A stretch of DNA of 44,705 bases from positions 1-44,705 of the forward strand of contig JBDIWC010000034.1 of assembly GCA_039794085.1 (NCBI GenBank). Direction: 5' to 3'. Positions 27,758-37,049 of the stretch are shown one piece after another. Within the stretch, counting starts at the first letter, position 1. Every line of letters begins with the position of its first letter. Source of the stretch: Gemmatimonadales bacterium. Lineage in GTDB: Bacteria > Gemmatimonadota > Gemmatimonadetes > Gemmatimonadales > GWC2-71-9. Both the position numbers and the translations under genes were made by a program. The notes beneath the pieces are model-generated. The model did no database searches. It saw only the letters and a list, made by a program, of their open reading frames with translations, and was not told where the DNA came from.

Positions 27758-28501
27758 GTGGCTCGTTCCCGGACCCGGGCCTGGCAGACACCGCGCGGCC
27801 GGTGGTGGCTCACCATCGCCGGGGTCGTGGCCGGCGCCGCATTCGGGGGCCTGGTGGCGGCACTGGTCCTCTTCCCCGTCAAGGGGGGAGCGGATCCGAA
27901 ACTCGTGGAACGGGTGTACGGTCTCTCGGTCGATGAAGCCCAACGTACTCTTGAAGCGGCCGGGTTCGAGATGCTGCTCGACGGGGAGGAACCCGATCCG
28001 GGGCTGTCGGCGGGACGGATCCTCTGGCAGGACCCTCCCGCGGGCACCAGCATGCCGGGCGGGGGAACCGTCCGCGTGGTGGCCAGCGCCGGTCCACCCC
28101 AGGTTCCGGTCCCCGACCTGATCGGATATGACCTGGAACTGGGGATCCGGATCCTCACCTCCGCCGGGTTCCGGACGGGAGCCACCGACAGCGTGGCCGC
28201 CCCCGCCGAGACCGGTGTCATTGTGGCCACCCGTCCCGGCGCGGGAAGCGGCCGCCCGGCGGGGAGCACCGTGGACCTGGTGGTGAGCCGGGGACCAGCC
28301 ACGATCCGGATTCCGCACCTCACCGGACTCACCCTGCGGGAGGCCCGGGAGCGGCTCCTGACGGCGGGGCTCCGGGTCGGTACGATTCAACCTCGCCTGA
28401 CAGGAGAGGAGGCCGCTGTCGTGATACGTTCCCAGAGCCCCGGAGCCGGCACCTTGATCCCGCGGGACGGCACCGTCAACCTCGTGGTGGCCCGCCCATG
28501 A
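27758..28501 (+). CDS. Membrane-anchored PASTA-repeat protein
   Basis: N-terminal TM helix, three repeats with VPDLIG/IPHLTG and QDPPAG/QSPGAG motifs. Confidence 0.88.
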   Translation: MARSRTRAWQTPRGRWWLTIAGVVAGAAFGGLVAALVLFPVKGGADPKLVERVYGLSVDEAQRTLEAAGFEMLLDGEEPDPGLSAGRILWQDPPAGTSMPGGGTVRVVASAGPPQVPVPDLIGYDLELGIRILTSAGFRTGATDSVAAPAETGVIVATRPGAGSGRPAGSTVDLVVSRGPATIRIPHLTGLTLREARERLLTAGLRVGTIQPRLTGEEAAVVIRSQSPGAGTLIPRDGTVNLVVARP

Positions 28502-29175
28502 GCCGCCCGCCGGGAGTGCGCATCGCGCCGAGCGTGCTCAGCGCCGATCTCGGCCGGCTGGCCGACCAGGTGGCCGCCGCCGAGGCGGGAGGCGCCGCCT
28601 GGATCCATGTGGATGTCATGGACGGGCAGTTCGTCCCCGACATCACCTTCGGATCCCCGGTGATCCGGGCCCTCCGGCGTCACACGTCTCTCCCGCTCGA
28701 CGTGCACCTGATGGTGACGGCCCCGGAGCGCTACATTGACGAGTATGCCGACCTGGGGGCCAGCGTGTTTACCTTTCACCCCGAGGCGACCGTCCATGTC
28801 CAGCGGCACCTCGACCGGATCCGGACCCGCGGCATGATGGCGGGACTCGCCCTGAACCCGTCGACCTCGCTCACGGTGGTCGAGGAGGTGTGGAGCGATG
28901 TGGACCTGATCCTGGTCATGAGCGTCAATCCGGGATACGGGGGACAGACTTTTCTCCCGGGGACCCCGGACAAGATCGCGCGGCTCCGGGCGATGGCCCA
29001 CCGGGCGGGGGTGGACCCGTTCCTCGAGGTGGATGGCGGAATCACGGCCGGGACGATCGGCTCCGCGTGGACCGCGGGTGCCGACACCTTCGTGGCGGGC
29101 ACGGCGGTGTTCGGAGCACCCGATCCGGCGGAAGCGGTGCGAAACCTTTACCGTGCGTGCAGCACACAGGTGTAG
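28498..29175 (+). CDS. rpe: Ribulose-phosphate 3-epimerase
   Basis: IAPSVLSAD, HVDVMDGQFVP, DVHLM, MSVNPGYGGQ, EVDGG. Confidence 0.97.
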   Translation: MSRPPGVRIAPSVLSADLGRLADQVAAAEAGGAAWIHVDVMDGQFVPDITFGSPVIRALRRHTSLPLDVHLMVTAPERYIDEYADLGASVFTFHPEATVHVQRHLDRIRTRGMMAGLALNPSTSLTVVEEVWSDVDLILVMSVNPGYGGQTFLPGTPDKIARLRAMAHRAGVDPFLEVDGGITAGTIGSAWTAGADTFVAGTAVFGAPDPAEAVRNLYRACSTQV

Positions 29176-29179
29176 TCAC

Positions 29180-29818
29180 ATGGCATCACAGACCAAGCAG
29201 TGGCTCCTGGTGGGCCTGATCGCGGCGGGACTCGGCGTCGGCGCCCTGGCCCTGGCCCGCGCGGGTGCCACCATGGAAGGGGTGGAAGTGGGCCACCGCG
29301 CCCCCGATTTCACCGCCGTGGACCTCGCCTCGGGCGACAGTGTCTCCCTGCGGGACCGGTACGAGGGGCACGTCACCCTCATCAACATCTGGGCCACCTG
29401 GTGCGTTCCGTGCCGGGCCGAGATGCCCGCCATCGAGGCCCTCTATCGCGACCTCGCTTCCCAGGGGTTCCGGGTGGCCGCCGTCAGCATCGACGACGGG
29501 AACCCCGCCCCGGTTCGCGCCTTCGGCCAGGAACTCGGTCTCACCTTCGATCTCCTCCACGACCCCACCGGGAGGATCGAGCGGGTGTACCAGACCACGG
29601 GAGTGCCGGAAAGCTTCCTGATCGATCGGAACGGCGTCATCGTCCGCAAGGTCATCGGCGAGCACCCCTGGAACAGCCCCGCCAACCGGCGGATCGTCGA
29701 GCAGCTCCTCGCCGGAGAGCCGGTCCCCGCCCCGCGTCTCGGCACCGACCCGATGGACCTGGCTCCTCCCACCGTCTCCGATCAGGAGCGCTCCCCCCCT
29801 CCCTCCCCCGGTGCCTGA
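29180..29818 (+). CDS. TlpA/ResA-family thiol-disulfide reductase
   Basis: TM anchor, APDF, NIWATWCVPCRAEMP, GVPESFLID. Confidence 0.92.
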   Translation: MASQTKQWLLVGLIAAGLGVGALALARAGATMEGVEVGHRAPDFTAVDLASGDSVSLRDRYEGHVTLINIWATWCVPCRAEMPAIEALYRDLASQGFRVAAVSIDDGNPAPVRAFGQELGLTFDLLHDPTGRIERVYQTTGVPESFLIDRNGVIVRKVIGEHPWNSPANRRIVEQLLAGEPVPAPRLGTDPMDLAPPTVSDQERSPPPSPGA

Positions 29819-30908
29819 CCTCATTCTGGGCATCGAGACCAGCTGCGACGAAACCTCCGCGGCCGTCATCGCCGTCGACACCCGCGGACACTCCGACCTG
29901 CGCAGTCTCGTGATCCTCTCCCAGGACATCCACCAGGTGTTCGGCGGCGTGGTTCCCGAACTGGCGAGCCGAGCCCATATCCGCACCATCGGCCCGGTGG
30001 TGCAGCAGGCACTGGATGAGGCCGGTACCACCACGGAAGCCCTACAGGGGATTGCCGTGACCCGGGGACCAGGCCTGATCGGGGCCCTGCTGGTCGGGCT
30101 GATGTACGGAAAGACTCTCGCCTGGCGGCACGGTCTTCCTCTAATTGGCGTCCACCACATGGAGGGGCATCTCTTTGCGCCGACGCTGGAGCATCCCGAT
30201 CTCGGGCCCCCCTTCGTGGCGCTGCTGGTGAGTGGAGGACACACCCTTCTCCTCGACGTGCCGGAGTGGGGCCGGTACCGGGTGCTGGGCGCCACTCGCG
30301 ACGATGCCGCCGGCGAGGCCTTCGACAAGGTCGGTACGCTTCTCGGGCTCGACTATCCGGCGGGAGCGGCCATCGAGCGGCTCGCCGCCACCGGAAATCC
30401 GGACCGGTTCCGGTTTCCCCGTCCCATGCTGGCCGGATCCCGGGACGACGACCCCGCCTCCTGGTTCGGCTTCTCCTTCAGCGGCCTCAAGACGGCGGTG
30501 CTCCGCGCGGTACGCGCCTCGGCCGACCTCGAACGGGATCGCGCCAACCTGGCCCGGAGCTTCCAGGACGCGGTGCTCGACGTGCTCGTGGAGAAGACCG
30601 CCCGCGCCGAGGAGGCTCTGGGCCATGGCCGCGTGGTTCTCGGGGGCGGGGTGGCGTGCAACAGGACCCTCGCCGCCCGCATGCGGGACCGGCTCCCGCC
30701 CTCCACCACGCTGTCCGTGGCAAGCCCCCGGCTCAACGCCGACAACGCCGCCATGATCGCCGCGGCGGGGGCGTGGCGGCTCCGCCGGGGTGACCGGAGT
30801 GGCTGGGACCTGGAGCCGGTGGATCGGTGGCCCCTCGACAGCCCCGACCTCACCATCGCGACCGGCTCCTCCGCTACTTTGCAGATGACACGGGTGCTCC
30901 CAGGGTAA
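29811..30908 (+). CDS. tsaD: tRNA t6A threonylcarbamoyltransferase
   Basis: LGIETSCDET, GGVVPELASRAH, HHMEGH, VSGGHT, DDAAGEAFDK, DNAAMIA. Confidence 0.97.
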   Translation: MPDLILGIETSCDETSAAVIAVDTRGHSDLRSLVILSQDIHQVFGGVVPELASRAHIRTIGPVVQQALDEAGTTTEALQGIAVTRGPGLIGALLVGLMYGKTLAWRHGLPLIGVHHMEGHLFAPTLEHPDLGPPFVALLVSGGHTLLLDVPEWGRYRVLGATRDDAAGEAFDKVGTLLGLDYPAGAAIERLAATGNPDRFRFPRPMLAGSRDDDPASWFGFSFSGLKTAVLRAVRASADLERDRANLARSFQDAVLDVLVEKTARAEEALGHGRVVLGGGVACNRTLAARMRDRLPPSTTLSVASPRLNADNAAMIAAAGAWRLRRGDRSGWDLEPVDRWPLDSPDLTIATGSSATLQMTRVLPG

Positions 30909-30959
30909 GGAAGCTCGGATACTTGTGCGTGCGGTTGAGTAGAGATCAACCACGAATCA

Positions 30960-31040
30960 CCTCGGCGCGACGATCACCCGGGCGGGCGGGAGGTTTCTTT
31001 TTGATCGCCTCGGCGCGACGATCACCCGGGCGGGCGGGAG
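30960..31040 (+). repeat. 33-bp exact direct repeat, 2 copies
   Basis: cctcggcgcgacgatcacccgggcgggcgggag at 30960-30992 and 31008-31040. Confidence 0.9.
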
Positions 31041-31095
31041 AAAAGGATCAACCACGAAAGGCACGAGGTGGTTTGAAAGACGGGGGAGGGAGGGG

Positions 31096-31127
31096 ATTGT
31101 TCATTGTTGATTGTTCATTGTCCATTG
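31096..31127 (+). repeat. (ATTGTTC)n heptamer tract upstream of lgt
   Basis: attgttcattgttgattgttcattgtccattg. Confidence 0.8.
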
Positions 31128-31138
31128 GAGAGGCCTGC

Positions 31139-31978
31139 ATGACCACCGTCTATCCCTTCGCCATCCAGATTGGCACGATCCGGATCACCGGGTTCGGCAT
31201 CATGATGATGGTGGCCTTCGTGGTCTCCGGATGGCTCATGGACCAGGACCTGCGCCGCCGTGGTCTCTCGCCCGACTACGCGTCGGACATCGTCGTGGCG
31301 GGGGTGATCGGAGGAATCCTGGGGGCCAAGCTCTGGTACGTGGCTCTGGTCGGAGACCTGGGGGCACTCTTCAGCCGCGGCGGCCTCGTCTGGTACGGCG
31401 GATTCCTCGGAGGCGTCGCGGCTGTCGTGTTCACCGGGTGGCGGAAGCGGATTCCGATCCGGCTCACCGCCCAGATCACGGCACCGGCTCTGGCCGCCGG
31501 GCATGCCCTCGGCCGGGTCGGCTGTTTCATGGTGGGAGACGATTACGGACGCCCGACCACGCTCCCCTGGGGAGTCCGGTTTCCCGAGGGGCTGCCCGCC
31601 ACCACCGCGGGGTCGATGCAGGCCAACTTCGGCACCCGCATCCCGGAGGGCACCGATCCGGGGACCGTTCTCGCCGTGCATCCAACCCAGCTTTATGAGG
31701 TGTTTGCGCTCACGGTGATCTTCATGATCCTGTGGCGGATGCGTACCAACCGGCATGGCATGGGGTGGGTGTTCGGCGTCTATCTGATCCTGGCCGGCAT
31801 CGAACGGTTCCTGGTGGAGATCGTTCGAGCCAAGGACGATCGGTTCTTCGGAACCTTCACCCTGGCCCAGATCACCAGCGTGGTGCTCGTCCTGGTCGGC
31901 GTCGCCGTGGTGACCCGTCTCCGCGATGCCTCGGATCCCGCCATCCCCGACTCACTGAAGGTCGCACAAGCCCGGTGA
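31139..31978 (+). CDS. lgt: Prolipoprotein diacylglyceryl transferase
   Basis: GGLVWYGG, GRVGCF, YGRPT, HPTQLYE, RFLVEIVR. Confidence 0.95.
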   Translation: MTTVYPFAIQIGTIRITGFGIMMMVAFVVSGWLMDQDLRRRGLSPDYASDIVVAGVIGGILGAKLWYVALVGDLGALFSRGGLVWYGGFLGGVAAVVFTGWRKRIPIRLTAQITAPALAAGHALGRVGCFMVGDDYGRPTTLPWGVRFPEGLPATTAGSMQANFGTRIPEGTDPGTVLAVHPTQLYEVFALTVIFMILWRMRTNRHGMGWVFGVYLILAGIERFLVEIVRAKDDRFFGTFTLAQITSVVLVLVGVAVVTRLRDASDPAIPDSLKVAQAR

Positions 31979-31988
31979 TCCGTTAGCC

Positions 31989-32063
31989 GTGGGTGCGCCG
32001 CTTGCGGCGCACCCGACCGGAGGCTGAAGATCACCTCCAGTGCGCCGCAAGCGGCGCACCTAC
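31989..32063. repeat. REPIN: two inverted REPs GTRGGTGCGCCGCTTGCGGCGCAC
   Basis: 31989-32014 forward, 32040-32063 reverse. Confidence 0.9.
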
Positions 32064-32114
32064 AGGACCCAACACCCCGTTTTTTTGTCCACAGTTGCAG
32101 TAAATCGGGTCGCC

Positions 32115-32600
32115 ATGACAACTCTGGGCCGCGACAATTGGAGGATGGTCCGACCCACCCGTCTCCCCCATTTTCACTACGGTGCGAATGCCGGATACTT
32201 CGTGACCTTCTGCACCCACAACAGGAGGCCCCTACTTACCAGCTCCCGGGCGGGAGTCATGGTGCCGACACCAATCGGGCGACTGGTCATGGATAGCTGG
32301 TTCGAATTGCCAGCCAGATTCATGGGCGTGGAAGTAGATGAATGTGTGCTCATGGCTGACCACTTTCACGGAATACTGCTGTTCGGGGAGCAGGCGAAGG
32401 CAAAGCTCCCACAGGTCATTGGATGTCTCAAGGGAACAACGACAATCCGAGCCAGACGGGCGGGGCTCCTGGGTTCCTCTCCCCTTTGGCAGAGGAGTTT
32501 TCACGATCGAGTGATCCGGAATCCGCGGGAGTTGGATCGGATTCGTGAGTACATCAGGTACAACCCGATCAAACATGGGCTGTGGGTGCCTGAGAGCTGA
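32115..32600 (+). CDS. REP-associated tyrosine transposase (RAYT, Y1 HUH)
   Basis: YFVTFCT, MADHFHGIL (HUH), WQRSFHDRVIR, YIRYNP; REPs on both sides; start could be 32145. Confidence 0.92.
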   Translation: MTTLGRDNWRMVRPTRLPHFHYGANAGYFVTFCTHNRRPLLTSSRAGVMVPTPIGRLVMDSWFELPARFMGVEVDECVLMADHFHGILLFGEQAKAKLPQVIGCLKGTTTIRARRAGLLGSSPLWQRSFHDRVIRNPRELDRIREYIRYNPIKHGLWVPES

Positions 32601-32643
32601 GCACTCTGTGCAGCTTTTGCGGTGCGATCTCGGTGCTCTGGTC

Positions 32644-32669
32644 GGGTGCGCCGCAAGCAGCGCACCCAC
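32644..32669 (-). repeat. Third REP copy downstream of the RAYT
   Basis: Minus strand reads GTGGGTGCGCTGCTTGCGGCGCACCC. Confidence 0.88.
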
Positions 32670-32712
32670 GACAAGCGGTGAGCCTGCGACCCCGGGATCT
32701 CCAGGCGTCGTT

Positions 32713-32773
32713 CCCCTCTCCCACCGTGGGGGAGCGGGGTCAGGGGGTCAGCGGGGGGTCAGGGGGGGTCAGG
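32713..32773. repeat. CCCCTCTCCC...GGGGAGCGGGG hairpin plus GGGGTCA tract at the FTR1 3' end
   Basis: Direct reading of the sequence. Confidence 0.6.
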
Positions 32774-34877
32774 AATGAGGGCTACCTGTGGGAGTGGGAT
32801 CGGTGGTCAGGCTCACCCCGTGCCGGGCCCGGATCCGCTCCACCTCCGCGCGGATCTCCGCCAGGTCGGCCTCGATCCGGTCGAGTGAGCGTGCCAGCTC
32901 CTGGTCTCCGGTGGGGACCGTGCGGGACCGCCTCGAGGAAATCGACGAGGACGGTCCCGCCACCGCAGCCGCCCGGTGGGGTGCCACGAGGAAGATCCAG
33001 GCCACCGCTCCGAGGGCCAGGAGCACCAGCACCGCCTGCAGCCCGAGAGATTCTAACGTCGGGAAGATTCCGAGTGCGGGGAGCCGGGGGCCGGAAATGA
33101 CCGTGGTGCCGATCACCCCCCCTTCCTGGAGCTCCGCGATCCCCTTCCCCGCGAACACGAAGGCCATGTAGTAGAGGAAGGCGCTCGTCATCCCGAAGAA
33201 CGGCTTGAGCGGGAGCCGGACTCCATACCGGTTGATGGCCACATACAGCCCCGCCAGCACCACGGCCCCCGCCGCCATGCCGACCAGCACAGGCCCCCAG
33301 GCGCCGGTTCCTCCCGACACCAGGAGCGCCTTGTAGAACAGCACCGTCTCGAATCCCTCCCGGTACACCGCGAGGAACGCGGCGGAGGCGAGGGCCAGCG
33401 CTGAGCCGCTGGTGACCGCGTTCTGCACCTGGGCGCGCACGAAGCGGTTCCATTTGCCGATCTCCATCTTCGACAGGAGCCAGTAGCTCACATAGAAGAG
33501 CATGGCCATCGCCACGAGCATCGTCCCCCCCTCCAGCGCCTCCTGCCGGGCCGGGGAGATGATGAAGATCGTTTCGAGGGCCAGGGCCGTGAGGAGACTC
33601 ATGACCACGGCGGCTCCGACCCCGATGTTGATGTCCCGGCGCCGGCTCTCCGCTCCGGTGCGGAGCAGGAAGGCCATGATCGCCCCGATGATGAGGATCG
33701 CTTCGACCCCCTCGCGGACCAGGATCACAAAGGATTGCACCGTGAGGTTCATTCGGCTGGGCGCCCCGGCGAGGGAGCGCTCGGCCCGCTCGAGCACTCC
33801 GAGGAGGGTGCTCCGGGCCTCGGTCACCTCCTCCGTGCTCCCCGCCACCGCTCGCTCGCGCAGCGAGGCAAAGGCCGCTTCGGCCTCGGAGGCGAGGCCG
33901 GGATCGCGGGCGCGCACCGTCCGCTCCACGCGTTCAAAGGTCAGGTAGGCATCGAACGCCGCCTGGCGGGCCGGCTCGCGCTCCGCCGCCCGGGCCAGGA
34001 TGGCCACCGAATCCACCTGCCGGCGGACATCGGCAAACACGGCGCTGACCACCGCGGTGTTCCCCGGCGTGGCCTGAATCGATCGAACCGCCGCAATCTG
34101 TCCCAGGTCGGCGCCCGGACCGAGCGCCTCGCGGAGGTCGTCGTCGGTCATTCGGGCCGTGGTGGCGAAGGTCTGGAGCGCGGGGGGCACATCGCCGCGG
34201 CGCGACGGGAGCCGGAGCAGGGTGGCGTACACGGCGGCGGCCCAGCGATCCTCGGGCGTGAGGGCCCCCTCGAACGAGGCCATCGCCGTTCCCGCAGTGC
34301 CGACGGTGATACGCCGGTAGAAGTCGAGAGGGGAGGTGCCCGAGAGCGCCGCCGTGGCGGTCAGGTCCGAGGGGGGAGGGTCAAGACCCACCGCGGCGGC
34401 CCCGTCTCCCGCACCCACGACGCCGTGGCAGCTGGCGCAGTTCTCCTGGTAGACCCGGGCCCCCTGGGCGAGTGAGGGGGGATCGGCGGGGATGGCATCC
34501 ACATCCACTCCGAATCGCTGGGCCAGGCCGGCCACGAGCCGAGCCGTGCGGGCGGAGACGGTGTCGGGAGACCCGGTGGTCTCGACCAGGTGGATCAGGC
34601 CCGCGAGGGTCTGCCGGGTTTCCTCCGCCACCTCGGCGGGGAGTTCGAGGGCGGTCCGGGAGGCCTCGGTGAAGAAGAGAACCGCCTCCTCGACCTCCGC
34701 GGTGAGAACCACCTTCCCGTCCACCACACCCAATCGGTATTCCTGGGCGGCGAGCACCGCGGAGGAGGCGATGCGGCGGACCGGGACGGTGTAGTCCTGG
34801 GCGTGGGCGGGGCCCGAAGAGTTCACCGTAAGTGCGGCGAGGGCGAGGAGAGTGGCGGTTTTGTAACTGAGAATCAT
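32769..34877 (-). CDS. Cytochrome c / FTR1-family iron permease fusion (PbrT-like)
   Basis: Signal peptide, CASCHG heme motif, REGVE and REGFE motifs, multiple TM helices. Confidence 0.92.
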   Translation of the reverse strand: MILSYKTATLLALAALTVNSSGPAHAQDYTVPVRRIASSAVLAAQEYRLGVVDGKVVLTAEVEEAVLFFTEASRTALELPAEVAEETRQTLAGLIHLVETTGSPDTVSARTARLVAGLAQRFGVDVDAIPADPPSLAQGARVYQENCASCHGVVGAGDGAAAVGLDPPPSDLTATAALSGTSPLDFYRRITVGTAGTAMASFEGALTPEDRWAAAVYATLLRLPSRRGDVPPALQTFATTARMTDDDLREALGPGADLGQIAAVRSIQATPGNTAVVSAVFADVRRQVDSVAILARAAEREPARQAAFDAYLTFERVERTVRARDPGLASEAEAAFASLRERAVAGSTEEVTEARSTLLGVLERAERSLAGAPSRMNLTVQSFVILVREGVEAILIIGAIMAFLLRTGAESRRRDINIGVGAAVVMSLLTALALETIFIISPARQEALEGGTMLVAMAMLFYVSYWLLSKMEIGKWNRFVRAQVQNAVTSGSALALASAAFLAVYREGFETVLFYKALLVSGGTGAWGPVLVGMAAGAVVLAGLYVAINRYGVRLPLKPFFGMTSAFLYYMAFVFAGKGIAELQEGGVIGTTVISGPRLPALGIFPTLESLGLQAVLVLLALGAVAWIFLVAPHRAAAVAGPSSSISSRRSRTVPTGDQELARSLDRIEADLAEIRAEVERIRARHGVSLTTDPTPTGSPHS

Positions 34878-34882
34878 TGTCA
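34868..34882. promoter_or_regulatory. Putative Fur box (7-1-7)
   Basis: TGAGAAT-C-ATTGTCA versus consensus TGATAAT-N-ATTATCA, at the 5' end of an iron permease. Confidence 0.75.
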
Positions 34883-35140
34883 AATCGTTGTGGGGCACAA
34901 GGAACAAGCTAGACCGGAACGGTCGGATATGGAAGTCTCCCCGGCCCCCCGGGAGTGGAAACACCATCCCTGTCGTCAAGTTTGTGAGATTTTTCACAAG
35001 CCCCATTCCTGGCATCGTCCGATGATTCGGACGAGGGAAGCAGTTGCCAGGCTCGAGGAAAATGCTGATGGCTCTTCAGGATTTCTTCTGGTTGGCCTTG
35101 GGGTGAGGCGAGGTGTTTCGGCTGTCCGGCGGGCGAAGAA

Positions 35141-35248
35141 ATGGCCACAAAGGCACGAAAGGCACAAAAGGCAAGAGATCCCGTAGAGGGGTCACTGTAC
35201 AGGCAGGCCGATGTCCATTTTGTGTCTTTTGTGCTTCTTGTGGTTGGC
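35141..35248 (-). repeat. About 108-bp hairpin element, copy B (inverted)
   Basis: atggccacaaaggcacgaaaggcacaaa ... tttgtgtcttttgtgcttcttgtggttggc. Confidence 0.8.
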
Positions 35249-35324
35249 TTTCGGGGTAAGGCAAGGCGCTCCCGCTGAACATGAACCCATGCCAGACCCT
35301 GAAGAAGCATGCCAGTCTTCCCCA

Positions 35325-36491
35325 ATGCACTCAAGGCAACTTCTAGCTGAGGCACTCCGCACAACGCTTCCCCTGCTTCTTGCCGGGCCATCTCCGGTCC
35401 CGATCCCAAGGCTGTCCGTCGAAAGACCGGGAGCCTGTGAGATCACGCTCTCGCCCCAGCCTCTGTTCGTGGTCGGACGGGGAGAGCGCAGCACCGATAT
35501 TCTTCATCGTGTCGCCGGGGGCGCGATCCTGCCCAGTGGCGACGTGGTCGTCGCCAACGCCGGCGACTTCGAACTCCGTTGGCATGACGCGCGCGGCCGC
35601 TTGGTGCGGACTGCAGGCCGGAGGGGAGGAGGGCCAGGCGAATTCACGGCGCTGGCAGGGATCTGGCTCTTTCAAGACAGTCTTGTGTTGGCCTATGATT
35701 TCAGCGCCTCACGCATCGCGTTCTTCACGCTCGAAGGGGATCACCGGAGGACCGTGCCGCTGCCACTCGGCGCGGGCGTGCGATGGCCCGCAGTGGTCGG
35801 CGTGATCGACTCCTCGCTTGTTGCCATCAACGGCCAGAGATTCGAAGCGGGGGAGATGGGGCGTGGCCGCATTCGCCCCCCCTTCGTGTTCATCCGCTTT
35901 TCCACCTCGGGCACCGTCGTGGACACCCTCCTGACCGTGCCGGGGCGGGAGTCCTGGGTCCCGAGCGACGGCGTTCGTCCCATCACCCAGGCAGTTCCCT
36001 TTGGCAGAAGTGTGCTCTACTCCTTCGGCCCGGACCGCATGATCCATGGGGACACGGGTGACTCCGTAATCTCAGTCACCACGGCAGGAGGAGGCACCAC
36101 GCAGCTGTTCATTCATGGGGTCCCGCGCCGTCCTCTCCAAGCCTCCGACTTTCGTGATTTCATCGACGACGCGAGACAATCGGCCCGCACTCCCCAACAG
36201 GCCGCTCGCGCCGAGACCATGGCGCGGATACCCAAGCCTCGACTCCTCCCGGCCATCGACCAGTTGCACCTGGATGACGAAGGCCGCATCTGGATCCGTC
36301 CCTTCGAGCACCCGGGGCACGGGCCTCGCGTGTGGCAGGTCTTTGCGGAAGGAACGTCCCGCGTCTGCACCGCCATGCTTCCTCCCCGGACGCGCATTCT
36401 CGACATTCGGGAACAGCATCTGCTGGCGCTCGTCCGCTCCCCGGAAGGCGTCGAAGAGGTGCGGCTGTATACCTTCACCGAGGGAGAATGA
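35325..36491 (+). CDS. 6-bladed beta-propeller (NHL-like) protein
   Basis: AGRRGGGPGEF, LDDEGRIWIR, GVEEVRLY; start uncertain. Confidence 0.75.
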   Translation: MHSRQLLAEALRTTLPLLLAGPSPVPIPRLSVERPGACEITLSPQPLFVVGRGERSTDILHRVAGGAILPSGDVVVANAGDFELRWHDARGRLVRTAGRRGGGPGEFTALAGIWLFQDSLVLAYDFSASRIAFFTLEGDHRRTVPLPLGAGVRWPAVVGVIDSSLVAINGQRFEAGEMGRGRIRPPFVFIRFSTSGTVVDTLLTVPGRESWVPSDGVRPITQAVPFGRSVLYSFGPDRMIHGDTGDSVISVTTAGGGTTQLFIHGVPRRPLQASDFRDFIDDARQSARTPQQAARAETMARIPKPRLLPAIDQLHLDDEGRIWIRPFEHPGHGPRVWQVFAEGTSRVCTAMLPPRTRILDIREQHLLALVRSPEGVEEVRLYTFTEGE

Positions 36492-36493
36492 GG

Positions 36494-36599
36494 GCCAACC
36501 ACAAGAATGCGCAAAAAGCGCAAAACCTCTCTCGCCCCTGGTGGGCCCCACTGCGCAGAGGGGTGCTCCCCTTGTGACTTTTGTGCATTTTGTGGCCAT
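36494..36599 (+). repeat. About 106-bp hairpin element, copy C
   Basis: Homologous to 1494-1600. Confidence 0.85.
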
Positions 36600-36748
36600 T
36601 CCCCTCACTTACCGGACGACCCGGAGCCCCAGGGAGGGTCCCCGGAATCCAGGGGCATCTCCTCGCACGGTGAAGACAACGCCAGATCGACCTGTCTCTC
36701 ACCCACGCGACACCTTGAAGGGTCCCATTTTTTCTGACATTTTTTTTC

Positions 36749-36921
36749 TGACAGGATGAACAGGATGAACAGGATGGCCCCACCCCTCCCCGAGGTATCC
36801 TGTCAGGGTCAATCCTCTCCCGGGGCCTGCACTCCGCTCCCTTTGATCTGACTGCCCGGGATGGGCTGGATCTGTTCCCCTGCCGCGGAACAACATCCTG
36901 TCAATCCTGTTCATCCTGTCA
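36749..36921. repeat. Hairpin element with (ACAGGATGA)n arms
   Basis: tgacaggatgaacaggatgaacaggatg ... catcctgtcaatcctgttcatcctgtca. Confidence 0.85.
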
Positions 36922-37049
36922 TGACACCCCCTTCCCCACGGGAGTGTTTTCGGCTTCTGGGTTTCGCGTGGGTTGATTCCATGAGCATTGTGAGTGTCCC
37001 GGGTGATCGGTAGCTTGGGAGCAACCCTCATGGCCAGGAGCCACCGCCG

